Part shown: piece after piece, positions 62,435-64,000 of the stretch
How positions within the stretch are numbered: position 1 is the stretch's first letter
Layout of the letters: each line of letters begins with the position of its first letter
NCBI GenBank assembly: GCA_025360225.1
Contig: JANYCN010000049.1
Span: 1,555 to 65,554, forward strand
Reading direction: 5' to 3'
Source of the DNA: Actinomycetes bacterium
GTDB taxonomy: Bacteria > Actinomycetota > Thermoleophilia > Gaiellales > F1-60-MAGs149
Length of the DNA stretch: 64,000 bases
Position numbers and translations under genes: made by a program
The notes under the pieces: generated by a model
Seen by the model: the letters and a program-made list of their open reading frames with translations, nothing else
The model's database searches: none
What the model was told of the DNA's origin: nothing

Positions 62435-64000
62435 CAGCCACGCGTACGACGTTCGCCGGCTTTGGCGGCCTCGAGAAGGGGATCTGGTACGCGCTCACCT
62501 TCCTCTCGACGGCGGTCTTCCTGGTCGGGTTCGTGCGGCTCGTCCGACGCTACCGGGTACGTCGCGCCACCGCCGGCCCTGTCGACGTCCGGCGCATGCT
62601 CGTGGTCGTCCTCACCCACTCCTGGATCCGCCGGCGAGACGGCGTTGCCGGACTTGCGCACGCCGGCGTGTTCTACGGGTTCCTGGTGCTGCTCGCCGGG
62701 ACGACGATCCTCGCGATCCAGGACGACGTCCTGAAGCCGACGACCGGCTGGGAGTTCTGGCGCGGATCGTTCTACGAGGGCTACTCGCTGTTCCTCGACG
62801 TGTTCGGCGCGGCGATGCTGATCGGCCTCGTCGTGTTCGCGCTCCGGCGCTTCCAGGGGCGGATCGCACGCCTCGACTACGCGCGACGGGACGATCGCCC
62901 GGTCTCGGCAAAGCGGGCTCGCTACCAGCTCGACGACTGGGTGTTCCTCTGGTCGCTGCTCTACCTTGGCCTCACCGGCTTCCTGCTCGAGTCGCTCCGG
63001 ATCGCCGTCAACCGTCCGTCGTTTGAGGTCTGGTCGCCGGTCGGCTGGGTGATCGGGAACGGGCTGCGGAGCCTCGGCGTGGATGGCTCCAGCGCCGACG
63101 CGGCGCGGGCCGGGCTGTGGTGGTCGCACGGCCTCGTCGCGCTCGCGTTCGTCGCTGCGATCCCGTTCACGAAGGCGATGCACATGCTGACAGGGCCGGC
63201 TGGTGTCGCCCTGCGCTCCCCCACCGTCGGTCGCGAGCTGGTCGCCGAACCAGAGACCGGGTACGCGACCCTTGCTGACCTGACGACGCACCACCTCGTC
63301 GACCTCGACGCGTGCACGAAGTGCGGCAAGTGCCACGAGGCGTGCCCGGCCGGGATCGGCGGCATGCCGCTCTCACCGCGCGACCTGATCCTCGACCTGC
63401 GCGAGGCGTCCTCGCTCGGCGTCACGACCGCTCTCGTCCCCGACGTGATCGCGCCCGAGACGCTCTGGTCGTGCATGCAGTGCATGGCGTGCGTCGACAT
63501 CTGCCCCGTCGGGATCGAGCACGTCCCGGTGATCAACCTGCTGCGCCGTGGGCTCGTGGAACGGGGCGAGCTGGACGAGCAGCTGCAGGGCACGTTCGAG
63601 GCGGTGTTCACGAGCGGCAACAGCTTCGGCGAGGCGAAGCGCAAGCGTGCGCGATGGGCGAAGGAGCTCGCGGTCGAGGTGCGCGACGCGCGCGCCGAGG
63701 CCGTCGACGTGCTCTGGTTCGTCGGCGACTACGCGTCGTTCGATCCGCGCAACCAGCGCAACACTGCTGCCCTTGCGCAGCTGCTGACGCACGCGGGCGT
63801 CAGCTTCGGGATCCTCTTCGAGGCCGAGAAGACGGCTGGCAACGACGTCAGACGGGCCGGTGAGGAGGGTCTCTTCCGCAGCCTCGCGGAGGAGAACATC
63901 GCGACGATCGCCGGCTGTGACTACCAGCGGATCCTCACGAGCGACCCGCACTCGTTCAACACGCTGCGCAACGAGTACCCCGGCCTCGGGGCGCCGTGGA
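62431..64000 (+). CDS. Membrane-bound Fe-S protein (N-terminal polytopic domain fused to an HdrD/DsrK/GlpC-like 2x[4Fe-4S] domain); 3' end beyond the window
   Basis: My own translation gives MTATRTTFAGFGGLEKGIWYALTFLSTAVFLVGF..., about 5 TM segments, then CTKCGKCHEACPAG and CMQCMACVDICPVGIEH. ATG 62431 overlaps the upstream stop (ATGA). It runs off the window, so it is absent from the ORF track. Confidence 0.8.
   Translation, partial: MTATRTTFAGFGGLEKGIWYALTFLSTAVFLVGFVRLVRRYRVRRATAGPVDVRRMLVVVLTHSWIRRRDGVAGLAHAGVFYGFLVLLAGTTILAIQDDVLKPTTGWEFWRGSFYEGYSLFLDVFGAAMLIGLVVFALRRFQGRIARLDYARRDDRPVSAKRARYQLDDWVFLWSLLYLGLTGFLLESLRIAVNRPSFEVWSPVGWVIGNGLRSLGVDGSSADAARAGLWWSHGLVALAFVAAIPFTKAMHMLTGPAGVALRSPTVGRELVAEPETGYATLADLTTHHLVDLDACTKCGKCHEACPAGIGGMPLSPRDLILDLREASSLGVTTALVPDVIAPETLWSCMQCMACVDICPVGIEHVPVINLLRRGLVERGELDEQLQGTFEAVFTSGNSFGEAKRKRARWAKELAVEVRDARAEAVDVLWFVGDYASFDPRNQRNTAALAQLLTHAGVSFGILFEAEKTAGNDVRRAGEEGLFRSLAEENIATIAGCDYQRILTSDPHSFNTLRNEYPGLGAPW

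Overview
Very GC-rich, Actinomycetota-type chromosomal window (rough visual impression: about 70% GC; PAC2 proteins, CsoR, an F420/LLM-type oxidoreductase and a class F sortase fit that phylum). It is densely packed with genes joined by 4-nt start/stop overlaps (ATGA, GTGA, TTGA). All calls rest on my own reading of the sequence and ORF track and on recalled family motifs; no homology search was run. Housekeeping content: hutI/hutH; argF, an E1-alpha and a plsC-like gene; a csoR / copZ-small ORF-copA copper module; rpsF-ssb-rplI-dnaB-purA; a near-complete de novo purine cluster (purD-B-C-S-Q, then purL-F-M-N-H) split by a 2.4-kb insert; a GntR-P450-glutamine-synthetase-like-PBP cassette; a reductive pyrimidine catabolism operon (preT-preA-amidohydrolase-dihydropyrimidinase) headed by a PAC2 gene; and one tRNA-Lys(UUU). 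Four things go beyond routine annotation. (1) A previously unannotated family of terminal-inverted-repeat miniature elements has three copies (114, 138 and 279 bp); the short ones look like different internal-deletion derivatives of the long one, and the CTAG-containing ends supply the stop codons of three flanking genes. (2) One 913-codon secreted protein fuses a thioester-domain-like head, four Ig-like repeats and a class F sortase catalytic domain; a PilZ gene precedes it and it is ATGA-coupled to a membrane Fe-S (HdrD/DsrK-like) protein. (3) A 1268-aa beta-helix-type surface protein sits next to a PAS-GGDEF-HD-GYP enzyme. (4) A 371-bp convergent intergenic region is filled with a palindrome pair and a GGC-punctuated 9-bp tandem array. 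An IS66-family remnant scar lies upstream of purD. No CRISPR array, rRNA or intact transposase was seen.
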